From NCBI GenBank assembly GCA_009694725.1, contig SICV01000005.1, forward strand, positions 1 to 60,485: a DNA stretch of 60,485 nucleotides, written 5' to 3'. The translations under genes were made by a program, and so were the position numbers. Source of the DNA: Candidatus Pacearchaeota archaeon. GTDB taxonomy: Archaea > Nanobdellota > Nanobdellia > Pacearchaeales > GW2011-AR1. The notes beneath the pieces are model-generated. The model had not been told where the DNA came from. It did not search any database and saw only the letters and a program-made list of their open reading frames with translations. How positions within the stretch are numbered: position 1 is the stretch's first letter; every line of letters begins with the position of its first letter. Below, piece after piece: positions 25,122-35,575 of this stretch.

Positions 25122-25544
25122 TTAACGTCTACCCTTCTCAATCTTACCTTTCCACAACAAGTGCAAGGGTTGATCATTGACTTTAATCACTTTGAAACGA
25201 ATGCCCGGAATATCTCCCTTCTGACGACCAGAACGACCACCAATGCGTTCAATAATAACTTCATCGTGTTCATCAACGAACTTCTGCGCAAGATTGCCGG
25301 GAATAAAGGAACCAACCGAGACACCATTTTTGATTAATTGCACTTTACAACACTTTCTCATGGCCGAGTTAGGCTGTCGGGCTTCTTTTTGAAATTTATT
25401 AATAACAATACCCTTTGCTTGGCTAGATCCTTCTAACGGATCAACTTTTACCTTCAGTCCAAGAACGCGTGACTTGTAGGCTTTCTGTGACCATCGATAC
25501 TTTCGTGCATCTTTTCTAAATTTTCGTCCACTCAACAATCCCAT
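25122..25544 (-). CDS. rps12: 30S ribosomal protein S12 (uS12)
   Basis: [18 protein letters not shown]. Confidence 0.97.
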   Translation of the reverse strand: MGLLSGRKFRKDARKYRWSQKAYKSRVLGLKVKVDPLEGSSQAKGIVINKFQKEARQPNSAMRKCCKVQLIKNGVSVGSFIPGNLAQKFVDEHDEVIIERIGGRSGRQKGDIPGIRFKVIKVNDQPLHLLWKGKIEKGRR

Positions 25545-25622
25545 GTATGAAGTCCTTGCAAAGATGCTTTTTAAACCTTATCCGCCCCAAGTGTTTATAT
25601 ATCATCAAGGGTAGGGCACCCT

Positions 25623-26252
25623 ATGAGTACAAAGCAAGTAAAGGTCTGGCTCTCTCAATGGGGTCAGGAACTCAAATATAACCATAAAACAATCATATTC
25701 TCACTCTTCCTACTCGCAGTATCTGCAGCAATTACCTATAACGCAGGAGTGTATGTAACCGAAAAAGGGGAGGCAATCGCAAGTGACTTTATTCTTGATA
25801 ACTTCGGTCCCTACGACTGGAACTTTCTTTTTACCTATGTCTGGCTTGGACTTGTAGGGATTATGGTCCTCTATCCGGTGTTCTTTCAGGTCGGTGCAGT
25901 ACACCGTATGCTCGGACAATTTAGTTTTTTGATGATTGTACGAAGTGCATTTATCTCCTTGACGCATCTGAAAACACCGTTTGATGCAATGTCTCACGGT
26001 TTTCCTGGAGCATTGAGTTTCTTTGAATTCCAAAATGATTTATTTTTCTCAGGCCACACAGCGGTTCCCTTTCTTGCATTCCTTGTATTCAAAGGACATA
26101 AGATTCGCTGGTTCTTTTTAGCAGGGTCATTGCTCATGGCAACAACCGTGCTCGCTATGCATGAACATTATTCTATTGACGTATTTGCAGCCTATTTCAT
26201 TACCTACGGCTGTTACAAACTCGCCCAACACTTTAGTCCGTTTAAGAAATAA
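25623..26252 (+). CDS. PAP2/sphingomyelin-synthase-like multi-TM phosphatase or phosphotransferase
   Basis: DLFFSGHT and HEHYSIDV motifs; several TM helices. Confidence 0.75.
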   Translation: MSTKQVKVWLSQWGQELKYNHKTIIFSLFLLAVSAAITYNAGVYVTEKGEAIASDFILDNFGPYDWNFLFTYVWLGLVGIMVLYPVFFQVGAVHRMLGQFSFLMIVRSAFISLTHLKTPFDAMSHGFPGALSFFEFQNDLFFSGHTAVPFLAFLVFKGHKIRWFFLAGSLLMATTVLAMHEHYSIDVFAAYFITYGCYKLAQHFSPFKK

Positions 26253-27270
26253 GTTCTTTGAGCGTTCTCTTCAAAATGGGTTTCCAAGAAGGCAATGTTT
26301 CTTTCTGTTGAGAATGGCGATAGTTTTTCACAAATGTCTGAAATTGATTAATAACTGAGGGGGTCAATACTTCGCCCATCATCCCTTGCTTCGATTGGAC
26401 GAGAAAATGTCCATTTGCAATCTGCTCATACTGGCCCTGCAACGGAACACACAGTATTGGTTTCTGCAAGGAGAGCGCTTCACTCAATGAAGTCATACCT
26501 CCGTTGGTAATAAATCCACGACAGGAAGCAAGGTCTTGTACAAAAGCCCGGGCGTCGAATGCTTTTAATGCAACATTTCCAAGCTGTTCGTTGCGATTAA
26601 GCCCATACACAATAAAGGACTGGCGAGTAAATGCACGTAACTGCGCCACCAATAACTCATTACTCCCACTGAGATAGAGTAAGAAATGATTGTCACGTGT
26701 TTTCTTAACGTGTTGAATAGATGCCTTGACCATAGGCGCAACAATCGTTGCCCGCGGGGTTATGGTAGCTAAAGGAAGAAAGGAAAAGATAAGCGTCTTA
26801 CGAGGAAACGGAACCATGAGACGAGTAAACAACTGATAACTCATTTTTCCCACACCAGAAGGAATACTCGAGCTATCCGCATCTGTGATACTATGCTGGT
26901 TATCAATGCTCACGAGAGGAATACGAAGCAGGAAAGCAGTCCAGGCAGTCAAGGGCTCATAATCAGTAATAATCATATCGGGGCGACGTACCAGCCCCTC
27001 ATACATGCGCTTTCCAAATGAACAGATCAGGAACGGAAAGTGCACGAGATTTGAAATACACGTCCTAACTCCCTGCACCTTTCCTTTCTCAATGATAAAA
27101 TGCAAATGAGGTATCTTCGTCACCTGAGCAACTGAGCGAACATACTCGCTTCCCTTCCCCCCCGCATATCCCTGTACAGTATGCCCTTGAGAGCGTAGCC
27201 AGCGTATAATCTCCGCGCTTCGCATAGCATGTCCCATTCCTTCACCATTCACTCCATACCAGATACGCAT
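26242..27270 (-). CDS. GT-B glycosyltransferase, MJ1255-like
   Basis: YGVNGEGMGHAMR, ITDYEP, SIDNQH, NGGMTSLSEAL, GQYEQIANG. Confidence 0.85.
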   Translation of the reverse strand: MRIWYGVNGEGMGHAMRSAEIIRWLRSQGHTVQGYAGGKGSEYVRSVAQVTKIPHLHFIIEKGKVQGVRTCISNLVHFPFLICSFGKRMYEGLVRRPDMIITDYEPLTAWTAFLLRIPLVSIDNQHSITDADSSSIPSGVGKMSYQLFTRLMVPFPRKTLIFSFLPLATITPRATIVAPMVKASIQHVKKTRDNHFLLYLSGSNELLVAQLRAFTRQSFIVYGLNRNEQLGNVALKAFDARAFVQDLASCRGFITNGGMTSLSEALSLQKPILCVPLQGQYEQIANGHFLVQSKQGMMGEVLTPSVINQFQTFVKNYRHSQQKETLPSWKPILKRTLKELIS

Positions 27271-27311
27271 ACCGGATAAAAGAAAGAACACTTTATATAT
27301 CGTATCCCTGG

Positions 27312-27542
27312 ATGAATGAATTAGATCAGAGAGTTATTGAAACAAAAAAGAAATGGGTACAGAAGAATTTAAGACAAAGGCTCAAAGAAGAAGAGAGAAG
27401 ATGTGCGGAGAGTGCGAGAATTGTATTAAATTTGGGTAATCGAATGCTTTTAAGAAAGATGTTAAAGCCCCTTTTTATGAGTGGGCAGCTTCACCTAAGC
27501 TTGACGAAATACACGTTGAAGAAGGAATTGGAAGATATTTAA
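27312..27542 (+). CDS. Small hypothetical protein
   Basis: 76-aa ORF after a TATA-like site shared with the divergent gene. Confidence 0.35.
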   Translation: MNELDQRVIETKKKWVQKNLRQRLKEEERRCAESARIVLNLGNRMLLRKMLKPLFMSGQLHLSLTKYTLKKELEDI

Positions 27543-27593
27543 TGACCTATCATTGGTGTAGGCTAGAAGAAATGCAAAAGGCTTATGCATTAA

Positions 27594-28010
27594 CTAAATA
27601 ATCTTCAACTCAAAACCAAACGTATCTTTCACAATCAATTCCAATTCAGCAAAACGCATCTTATTACGCCCCAGCAATGATGCTTTATTCTGCATATTTC
27701 CCGCAGTAATGGTAAGCAATTTCTGTTGGATACTCATGCCTTTGAAACCCGTCGGAGAAACAACATCACTCACAAATCGATTAGCATCTTCTTGCCCCTC
27801 AGCTTGCGCAATAATGCGGACACGCTTTCCAATCTGTTCTTGCATACGTTTGATAGTATATCCTTGTTCTCCCACTGCTTGAGCAACAAAGTTTTTTTGA
27901 ACTGCAAAAATGATTGTGTTGTTATACGTATAACATTTACTCGTCTTGACATGCGATAGTTTATCTAACAAGTTCAAATAACGAATTGTTTGCATATCGA
28001 GTGTTGCCAT
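27594..28010 (-). CDS. nusA: Archaeal NusA-like KH-domain protein
   Basis: Two KH-like motifs (AVGEQG, LLGRNK); canonical position after rpoA. Confidence 0.85.
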   Translation of the reverse strand: MATLDMQTIRYLNLLDKLSHVKTSKCYTYNNTIIFAVQKNFVAQAVGEQGYTIKRMQEQIGKRVRIIAQAEGQEDANRFVSDVVSPTGFKGMSIQQKLLTITAGNMQNKASLLGRNKMRFAELELIVKDTFGFELKII

Positions 28011-28021
28011 TGCAGTAAAAA

Positions 28022-31000
28022 TTACTTTCCCTTTTCTTTAGTTTGTTGAGCCAAAGGGCCAGTTACTTTGACCATCAATCCTGGAAGGCCGGTACCAACA
28101 GGAACAGGTTGATTCAACAAGATATTTTCAATAACTGACTTAAGTTCATCTTTACCACCTTGGATAGTAGCCTTCACGAATTGCTTATCAGGTGTTTCGA
28201 ATGTCGCGCGAGCAAGAATACTTGCCTTCTCAGAGATAATACCCATACGAGTTACTCCCTTTACAACACCAGAAGAGGTCATAGCATCAGCAATTAACTT
28301 TAAGTGACGGATATTAATATCAAGACCCTGTGATTCTAAGACTTTAGAAATTTCAGCAACAATAGTTGCACGAGCGGCTTCAATACCCAACACATTAGAG
28401 ACGTCATAAATATCATTACTGGTAACCCGATTTTTATCAACGCCCTTTATTTCACGAACATCTTCTAAGTTACTTCCAGCAGTAAGGACAACATACTCTT
28501 TACCTCGAGTAGCAACAACAACTTGAGTAATTCCTTTCACACCAGAGATAATGGTATCTTTCAGCTTTTCTTTCAATTTATACATTGCTTTGAAATCAAG
28601 ATCACTGGTATTAATGCTTATTTTCAAATCAGTTGCCTTTACTTTCATTCCTTTATCTATAAGCTTATCTGCAAGTTTTTGTGCTCCTTGATGAACAGTT
28701 TTCAATGCTTTACTATCAAATTCAATTTCAATTTTCTTATTACCAAAGTCAATTGTAATTTGAGAAGCAATTTCTTTCAAGCGAACTTCTTTAATTTTTT
28801 CAGCAACAACTTTAGCTTCCTTCTCATTATTGTATTCTTTATCCAAAAAGACTTCCATCAAAGGCGTACTTGGTTGCTTACGAGCATCAAATATTTCTAC
28901 AAGACGAGGCAATCCTAAGGTAACCTGCATTTGCGCAACTCCTGCATTGTGGAATGTTCTCAAAACCATCTGCGTCGATGCTTCCCCAAAGCTTTGTGCA
29001 GTGATAACTCCGATTGCTTCACCAGAGACAATAGAACTGTCTTCCAAATGTAGTTTAGAAACATCTTTGTTATCGTCCCCATATTTGAATTGTACAATAT
29101 GTTCAGATGCATCACGTACAGTACCGTCATATTCAATCTTCAAGTCTTGTAATGCGCTTACCAGTCGACGGTATAAGTAACCAGATTTAGGCGTACGTAA
29201 AGCAGTATCCATTAATGAGTCACGACCTGTAATTGCTCCAAAGAAGAATTCACTTGGTTTCAATCCATCAAAGAATGAAGACTTAATGAAACCATGTGCT
29301 GCAGGGCTTAAATCTTGACGCTTAAAGAAGGAAAGGGTTCTATCAAAGTATCCAAAGCTAATACGTTTATTCCAGAGCGACTGCTGCCCTACACAGCAGC
29401 CGATCTGAGTAATATTCAACATACTTCCAGCTGCTCCAGGGGTAATCATCTTATTTACATTGCCTTCTGCAGGGAAGTTTGCTTTAACGATTGTACCTGC
29501 TTCAGTACGAACTTCATTCAATACTTGCAAGATTGCAGTTTCACGAGACTCTTCCGCAGTTCTACCTGGAAGAAGAGTAAGTGTACCATTAAGATAGTGA
29601 GTAATAATTTCCGTTGTCTTTACTTCAGCTCGTGCAATAACATCATCTGTTTCCTGCTTTACCTTAGCATCGACATTTAAGTCTTGAAGGGATAAAGTAT
29701 AGCCTGAACGTGCAAGATACAAAGCACCTAAGAGAAATGCTCGATTGATTGTTTCAACTGCAACCTGGCGACCAAATTTCTGATCAATCTCTTTCACTAA
29801 TGCTCCATCTTCAGAACCAAACGTATTCGAACCAGTCAAAATGCTTGGTAAAATAATGCCCGATTTAGCAGGGAGGATATAGCTGAAGACGTCTGTACCC
29901 GAAAGAGATTTATTTTTTACTCCAGAGTCAACACCTGAAGCATACAATAACTGTTCAGCATCTGCCTTCGTTAAAGTGGCTTTACTCAATACATAGGCGC
30001 CAGTTACTGAATCAGCAATCGTACCCACTAAGTTCATATTATTCTTAGAAGAAATAATATTTGCATTCACATTTAATAAGGTTTCAGCTTCACTTCGTGC
30101 TTCTTCAGTCTGAGGACTATGAATGTTCATTTCATCTCCGTCATAGTCCGCGTTATACGGCATAGCTACAGCAGGGTGTAATCTAAAGGTGCGGTGAGGC
30201 AAGACACGCACATAATGTGCCATTAAGCTTTGTTTATGCAAACTAGGGTGACGGTTAAACAAGACAATATCTCCATCACGAATATGACGGTCTACCTTAT
30301 ACCCTGGTTGAATTTCAGCACATAATTCTTCTTTTAATTCATCAGTAATACGTTTCTTCTTACCGTCAGGACGAACAACATAACTTGCACCCGGATAATG
30401 TTCCCCTTTCTTAATTAATTCTTTCAAGAATTCAAGATTAATGCTTGTGACTGCTTCAGATACTGTTAATATACGTGCAACTTCAAAAGGCACACCCACT
30501 TCATTGATTTTAATAAATGGATCAGGTGAAACCACGGTACGTGCAGAATAATTAACACGCTTACCTGCTAAGTTCATACGGATTCTGCCTTCTTTACCCT
30601 TAATACGTTCAGTAATTGTTTTCAAGGGTTGACCAGAACGATGACGTGCAGGAGGAATACGGGTAACATTATTATCAAAGAACGTAGTAACGTGATATTG
30701 TAACAAGTCCCACAAATCTTCAATAATAACTTCAGGAGCTCCCGCGTTTAAGTTTTCCCACAATCGTTGGTTTGCACGAATAATATCTGAAAGCTTATGT
30801 GTCAAATCATCTTCACTACGTTCACCAGTATCGAGAGTAATACTTGGACGAGTTGTTACTGAAGGAACGAGTAAGAGCGAAAGAATCGCCCATTCAGGTC
30901 GACAGGTACGAGCATTAATCCCTATTTTCTTAAGTTCTTCATCTTTGATAAGAACTAAACGTTCACGTACTTCAATAGGAGACATACGGCGTTTACCAAT

Positions 31001-31456
31001 CATAAACGTGCTCGGCTTTTCAAGCTTAACGCGTTCAAGCATTTCCTGACAGTGTGGACATTTCTTTGCATCACGTGCTTTTTTACCACGGGCAGCAGGG
31101 TTTAATCCTGCCGCTTTTTCATCGCTCAAGGCTAACTTACCACATTTAGAACAGAAGCTACGTAAACAAAGTTCCATTAAAGGAATATATTTGATATGGA
31201 GTAAAGGACGAGCAAGTTCAATACAACCGGGGTGTCCAAGACATTCTTTGAATCGTTGACCGCATGTTCGACAACGTACACCGGGATCAATCGCGCCCAA
31301 ACGAAGGTCCATTAATCCACCATCAACAGGGAAGCCGTCAATATCATACAATTCAGGAGTAACAATCTTTGCAGAGCTCATTTTCTTAATCTGCTCCGGA
31401 CTAAGTAAACTGAAGCGTAAGCTTTTCACTTGTTTTCTAAAGGCGAGGTCTTTCAT
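28022..31456 (-). CDS. rpoA: RNA polymerase largest subunit, A' and A'' fused
   Basis: NADYDGDEMN, TPKSGYLYRRL, AQSFGEASTQMVLRTFH, ARATFET in one ORF. Confidence 0.96.
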   Translation of the reverse strand: MKDLAFRKQVKSLRFSLLSPEQIKKMSSAKIVTPELYDIDGFPVDGGLMDLRLGAIDPGVRCRTCGQRFKECLGHPGCIELARPLLHIKYIPLMELCLRSFCSKCGKLALSDEKAAGLNPAARGKKARDAKKCPHCQEMLERVKLEKPSTFMIGKRRMSPIEVRERLVLIKDEELKKIGINARTCRPEWAILSLLLVPSVTTRPSITLDTGERSEDDLTHKLSDIIRANQRLWENLNAGAPEVIIEDLWDLLQYHVTTFFDNNVTRIPPARHRSGQPLKTITERIKGKEGRIRMNLAGKRVNYSARTVVSPDPFIKINEVGVPFEVARILTVSEAVTSINLEFLKELIKKGEHYPGASYVVRPDGKKKRITDELKEELCAEIQPGYKVDRHIRDGDIVLFNRHPSLHKQSLMAHYVRVLPHRTFRLHPAVAMPYNADYDGDEMNIHSPQTEEARSEAETLLNVNANIISSKNNMNLVGTIADSVTGAYVLSKATLTKADAEQLLYASGVDSGVKNKSLSGTDVFSYILPAKSGIILPSILTGSNTFGSEDGALVKEIDQKFGRQVAVETINRAFLLGALYLARSGYTLSLQDLNVDAKVKQETDDVIARAEVKTTEIITHYLNGTLTLLPGRTAEESRETAILQVLNEVRTEAGTIVKANFPAEGNVNKMITPGAAGSMLNITQIGCCVGQQSLWNKRISFGYFDRTLSFFKRQDLSPAAHGFIKSSFFDGLKPSEFFFGAITGRDSLMDTALRTPKSGYLYRRLVSALQDLKIEYDGTVRDASEHIVQFKYGDDNKDVSKLHLEDSSIVSGEAIGVITAQSFGEASTQMVLRTFHNAGVAQMQVTLGLPRLVEIFDARKQPSTPLMEVFLDKEYNNEKEAKVVAEKIKEVRLKEIASQITIDFGNKKIEIEFDSKALKTVHQGAQKLADKLIDKGMKVKATDLKISINTSDLDFKAMYKLKEKLKDTIISGVKGITQVVVATRGKEYVVLTAGSNLEDVREIKGVDKNRVTSNDIYDVSNVLGIEAARATIVAEISKVLESQGLDINIRHLKLIADAMTSSGVVKGVTRMGIISEKASILARATFETPDKQFVKATIQGGKDELKSVIENILLNQPVPVGTGLPGLMVKVTGPLAQQTKEKGK

Positions 31457-34400
31457 TGTTCAAATTTGTTTTTTAATTCAAATGCAGTATGAACGCCTAA
31501 TCCGAGGAGTTCATCATACAAGAGTTTGAATGCGTAGGAAATTTCAATTGGTTCAGCATCACTGCCACCACAGATCGAGCAGGCAATCTTATTACGAATC
31601 ATGTCTTCATAAGCCATACTACCACAGGATTTACAGATATAAATAATAGTTTTATCCGAATCGTATCGTTCTTTCAATAATAATGAGGCGCCATGTCCTA
31701 CAAGTGCTTGCTGTTCCATTTCTCCAAGACGTAATGCACCACCCCGTGCACGTCCTTCAATAGGCTGACGAGTCAAGAGTGCAACTTTACCTGATGCGCG
31801 TGCGTGTATTTTATTCTTTACCATATACTTCAACTTGAGATAGTACATATTACCGATATAAATCTTACAGTCCATTTTCTTACCGGTAATGCCATTATAC
31901 ATTGTTTCTTTTCCATCAAAACTAAAGCCCATTTCACGTAATTGCCCTTCAAGTTGTCCAACTGTTTGACCCGAGAAAGAAGTGCCATCCATAATTTTTC
32001 CAGAAACTGCTCCAGCTTTACCTGCAAGGAGTTCAATCAAATACCCAACAGTCATACGACTAGGAATACCATGGGGATTGAACAGTAAATCAGGACGAAC
32101 CCCGTGTGCAGTAAAGGGAATATCTTCTCCATCTGCAATAAGACCAACAACCCCTTTCTGACCGTGAGGAGTAGAAAACTTATCCCCTGGTTCTGGTAAA
32201 CGAAGATCTCGCGTTCGTACTTGTGCAATTCTATTTCCTTCTTGGTCTGCAGTAATGAATACGGCATCAACGGTGCCTTGTTCTTCTTGACGAATAGCCG
32301 TACTTGCTTCTTTTTTACTTTGGATACTCAAATCTTTTGCTTCACTTAAGAATTTTGGAGGGGTAGTTCGACCAATCAAAACTTCTCCTTCACGCATGCT
32401 CGCTTCAGGGGAGACAATACCATCATCTTCTAAGAATCGATAGGATCTTTCAAGACGATAACCTGCAACATCTTTATCAGGAATACAAATTTCATCCTTT
32501 AATCCACCCGCATAATGTAATTCAGTTGCAGAATACGGTCTAAAATACGTACTCCGTCCCATACCTCGGTCTACACTCGATTTATTGAGGATAACTGCGT
32601 CTTCCATATTATATCCTTCAAACGGCATAATTGCAACAACAATATTTTGTCCAGCAGGATAGACTTCAAGCGTATCATAAATGAAGCTACGTACTAATGG
32701 CTTCTGAGGGTAGTGTAAAATCGAAACGTCTGTATCCAAACGAACTAAATAGTTAGCGGCATAAATACCTAAACTCTGTTTCAACGTTTTACTTCCTCTA
32801 TTCAAACGAGAAGACTGGTCATGGTTACCAAAAGGTACCAAACTAGTAATTAATCCAAATACGTCAATTGGGTGAATTTCTAAATGTGTATGTTCAGAAG
32901 TAATGTCCGAATCTTTAGTCGCAACAAGCGCATTCTCTTCTTCAGCAGCATCAATATATTCAAGGATTCCTTCACGAACTAAATCAGACCACAAAATTTT
33001 ACCTGAGCCAAGCATAGTGAGATGATCTTCTTGTAATTTTGAAGCACCATTTTCAACTACAATTAAAGGTCTCAAAACTCTTCCAACTTCAGTAGAAATA
33101 AACACTTGATCAAGAATAGGGTTAAACTGAACACTCATATCTTTCGGGAAATCACCTGAACGACGAGTATGGCGTATTTTCTTGACAAATTGATCTGCAT
33201 TATCAGCAAATCCTACAAATCGCCCATTGAAGAAAACATCTTTTCCTGCTCCTTGTTTCAATAAACCAAGTGAGACTAACTGCTTCAAGACCTGAGTTTC
33301 ATCAAAATGAATTGCTGTTGAAATACGAGAGAGTAATGCTAAGTTCTTACGCAAACCAATTTCAGTACCTTCAGGAGATTCAGTCGGGCAGAAACGACCA
33401 TAATGGGTAGGGTGTAATGTTCGTGCCATAAAGTTTTCTTGTTCTCCAGGCAACATACTCGAAACTCTTTGTAACGCAGATAACATAGCCAAATAATTAG
33501 TTTTATCCATATTTTGAGTAACACCTGAACGTTCACCAATCCAACTTCCTGTTGCAATCGCACTTTCAATACGATGTGTAAAGAGGGTAGATTTTGCAAT
33601 CGTCTTCAAAGAATAGAATTTCTTTCGTTTTGCAACTTTTTGTAAGGAATATTGAATATCACGAACTAAAATACTTAAATTGACACGGAATAAATCAGAC
33701 AGTAAGTCTCCAGACAGTTTGACACGTTTGTTACCATAGTGATCTTTATCGGTGCGCATAGCCGGATTTTCTTTCGCACGAAGGTACAGATTAACTAAGC
33801 GACAAATAGTCAATGCCTTTTCAGTTCTACTTTGTTTTTCGGTACCAATATGAGGAAGTAAATAAGAGTCGATTCTATCTTTCATTCTATCCAAGATTTC
33901 TTTCTTTGTTCCTTGTACGCCCGCTTTTTCAGCAAGGTGCAACAAAGCATCTTCAGACTCTTGAATCGTGGCATATTCGTAGAGGTTCACAATCAAACAG
34001 TCATTTTCGTACCCAATTGCTTGTGCAATATCTGATTCTTTAGTCATTCCTAAAGCTTTCAAGACTACCACTAAAGGAACATTCTTCAATCGACTGAACG
34101 TAAGTTCAAGGATACCTTCATTTGTTTCAGAGATAGTAGAAGGAATACGATAGGCGCCTCGTTGAGAAAACAAACGAACAGTTAATCCGAGCCTTCCTTC
34201 TTCAATAAATGGTTGATTTGCAGCCAAGTCTTCAGACATAACCATAACTCGTTCATTACCATTAATGATGAAGTAACCCCCAGGATCAAGGCGATCCATA
34301 TAATTCTGTTCCATCTGAACACTGTCCATTTTTGAAGTAGTACAAAATGAGCTACGAACCATAATAGGGATACGTCCAATTTCCACTTCCGCAGTATCTA

Positions 34401-34704
34401 ATTGCCCATCAAATTTAACAGTTAATTCAACATACAAAGGAGCAGAGTAGGTTAAACTACGCAAACGAGCAATTGCAGGAGTAATAACGCTACTACTTCC
34501 ATCTGCTTCAATGATATTTGGTTTTTCAAGACGAATTTTACCTAATTTAATTTCCATTTCTTCATTATCTAAACTTGCATTAACTTCTTGGATAATGGTC
34601 TGCATTCGATTTTGAATAAAATCATTAAAAGAGAGAATATTCGATTCTACCAACGAGTGCTGTGCAAGATACTTTTTAATGAGGATATCTCGCGGAAGGG
34701 CCAT
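31453..34704 (-). CDS. rpoB: RNA polymerase subunit B (unsplit)
   Basis: GYFIINGNERV, GYNMEDA, GDKFSTPHGQKG, LRLGEME, C-terminal Zn finger. Confidence 0.98.
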   Translation of the reverse strand: MALPRDILIKKYLAQHSLVESNILSFNDFIQNRMQTIIQEVNASLDNEEMEIKLGKIRLEKPNIIEADGSSSVITPAIARLRSLTYSAPLYVELTVKFDGQLDTAEVEIGRIPIMVRSSFCTTSKMDSVQMEQNYMDRLDPGGYFIINGNERVMVMSEDLAANQPFIEEGRLGLTVRLFSQRGAYRIPSTISETNEGILELTFSRLKNVPLVVVLKALGMTKESDIAQAIGYENDCLIVNLYEYATIQESEDALLHLAEKAGVQGTKKEILDRMKDRIDSYLLPHIGTEKQSRTEKALTICRLVNLYLRAKENPAMRTDKDHYGNKRVKLSGDLLSDLFRVNLSILVRDIQYSLQKVAKRKKFYSLKTIAKSTLFTHRIESAIATGSWIGERSGVTQNMDKTNYLAMLSALQRVSSMLPGEQENFMARTLHPTHYGRFCPTESPEGTEIGLRKNLALLSRISTAIHFDETQVLKQLVSLGLLKQGAGKDVFFNGRFVGFADNADQFVKKIRHTRRSGDFPKDMSVQFNPILDQVFISTEVGRVLRPLIVVENGASKLQEDHLTMLGSGKILWSDLVREGILEYIDAAEEENALVATKDSDITSEHTHLEIHPIDVFGLITSLVPFGNHDQSSRLNRGSKTLKQSLGIYAANYLVRLDTDVSILHYPQKPLVRSFIYDTLEVYPAGQNIVVAIMPFEGYNMEDAVILNKSSVDRGMGRSTYFRPYSATELHYAGGLKDEICIPDKDVAGYRLERSYRFLEDDGIVSPEASMREGEVLIGRTTPPKFLSEAKDLSIQSKKEASTAIRQEEQGTVDAVFITADQEGNRIAQVRTRDLRLPEPGDKFSTPHGQKGVVGLIADGEDIPFTAHGVRPDLLFNPHGIPSRMTVGYLIELLAGKAGAVSGKIMDGTSFSGQTVGQLEGQLREMGFSFDGKETMYNGITGKKMDCKIYIGNMYYLKLKYMVKNKIHARASGKVALLTRQPIEGRARGGALRLGEMEQQALVGHGASLLLKERYDSDKTIIYICKSCGSMAYEDMIRNKIACSICGGSDAEPIEISYAFKLLYDELLGLGVHTAFELKNKFEQ

Positions 34705-34913
34705 TAAGCAACCACCCTGAAATAAATATTAGTCTTTCCTTCTTCATCATGACGTTCAATTTTAACAACTTCACCATGTTGACAACCTTCAGGCAATCCA
34801 GGGTCAGCTTGCTTAATTTTAGGCAATTGTGAAATAGAAACATTATATTTATCGGTTAATTCTTTTACATCGGATGGGTTCAATTTGAGGTGTTTGGGTT
34901 GTAGGATATGCAT
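34704..34913 (-). CDS. rpoH: RNA polymerase subunit H (Rpo5)
   Basis: PKH...QLPKIKQADP...GEVVKIER...YFRVV. Confidence 0.93.
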   Translation of the reverse strand: MHILQPKHLKLNPSDVKELTDKYNVSISQLPKIKQADPGLPEGCQHGEVVKIERHDEEGKTNIYFRVVA

Positions 34914-35093
34914 CTGAAAGGGCGGATAGTAGTCCCCAACTGAAGGTGAGGAGTACAGTGGTGTGCAAAAGTGGCTTTTTAAACCTTTTTGGTGAAAAAG
35001 ATTTCAGAAATAGTCAGTCGAATATTCTATTCAAAACGAGTAAATCTTCCCATTAACCAACCTTTAAATACCATTTTCTTATTCAATAAGTAC

Positions 35094-35168
35094 GGCCGCG
35101 TAGCTCAGCCTGGATAGAGTACAGGACTTTTAATCCTGGTGTCGTGGGTTCAAACCCCATCGCGGTCA
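35094..35168 (+). tRNA. tRNA-Lys(TTT)
   Basis: GGCCGCG/CGCGGTC acceptor stem, CAGGA-CTTTTAA-TCCTG anticodon arm, GTTCAAAC T-loop; TTTAAATA about 25 nt upstream. Confidence 0.95.
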
Positions 35169-35221
35169 TTACAGTAATTCTTGATTATGTTCGATGGGGT
35201 GTTTCAAAGTATTAACAATAC

Positions 35222-35527
35222 CTATGCTTCATCTAAAATAATTCTTCGCGTAAATGTTCCCCGTTCTTTACTTTTTTCTTCTTGAGCATTTTTAACGGTA
35301 CGTTTTCCAATTTTCTTTGCAACCATGAGTGCATCAAGCACTTCAAAAATATCCACGAGGTGATCGATACTTCCAGAAGTGGCGAATTCTTTAACTTCTT
35401 CATGCAATTTTTCAACAAGTTTTGTTTGATATTCGGCATGTGACGCAATATGCGTAATCGGTACTTTACCTTCTTTTTTTAAGATAATTTCCGGGATTTT
35501 ATTTCGAACTAACGTATTATATTTCAT
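35222..35527 (-). CDS. MazG/PRA-PH-like nucleoside triphosphate pyrophosphohydrolase
   Basis: LVRNKIPEII, KLHEEVKEF, DIFEVL, KSKERGTF. Confidence 0.8.
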   Translation of the reverse strand: MKYNTLVRNKIPEIILKKEGKVPITHIASHAEYQTKLVEKLHEEVKEFATSGSIDHLVDIFEVLDALMVAKKIGKRTVKNAQEEKSKERGTFTRRIILDEA

Positions 35528-35575
35528 GGGTCTCTCAACCACAATCTCCTTAAAAGGATGTCGTTATAAAGCGCT

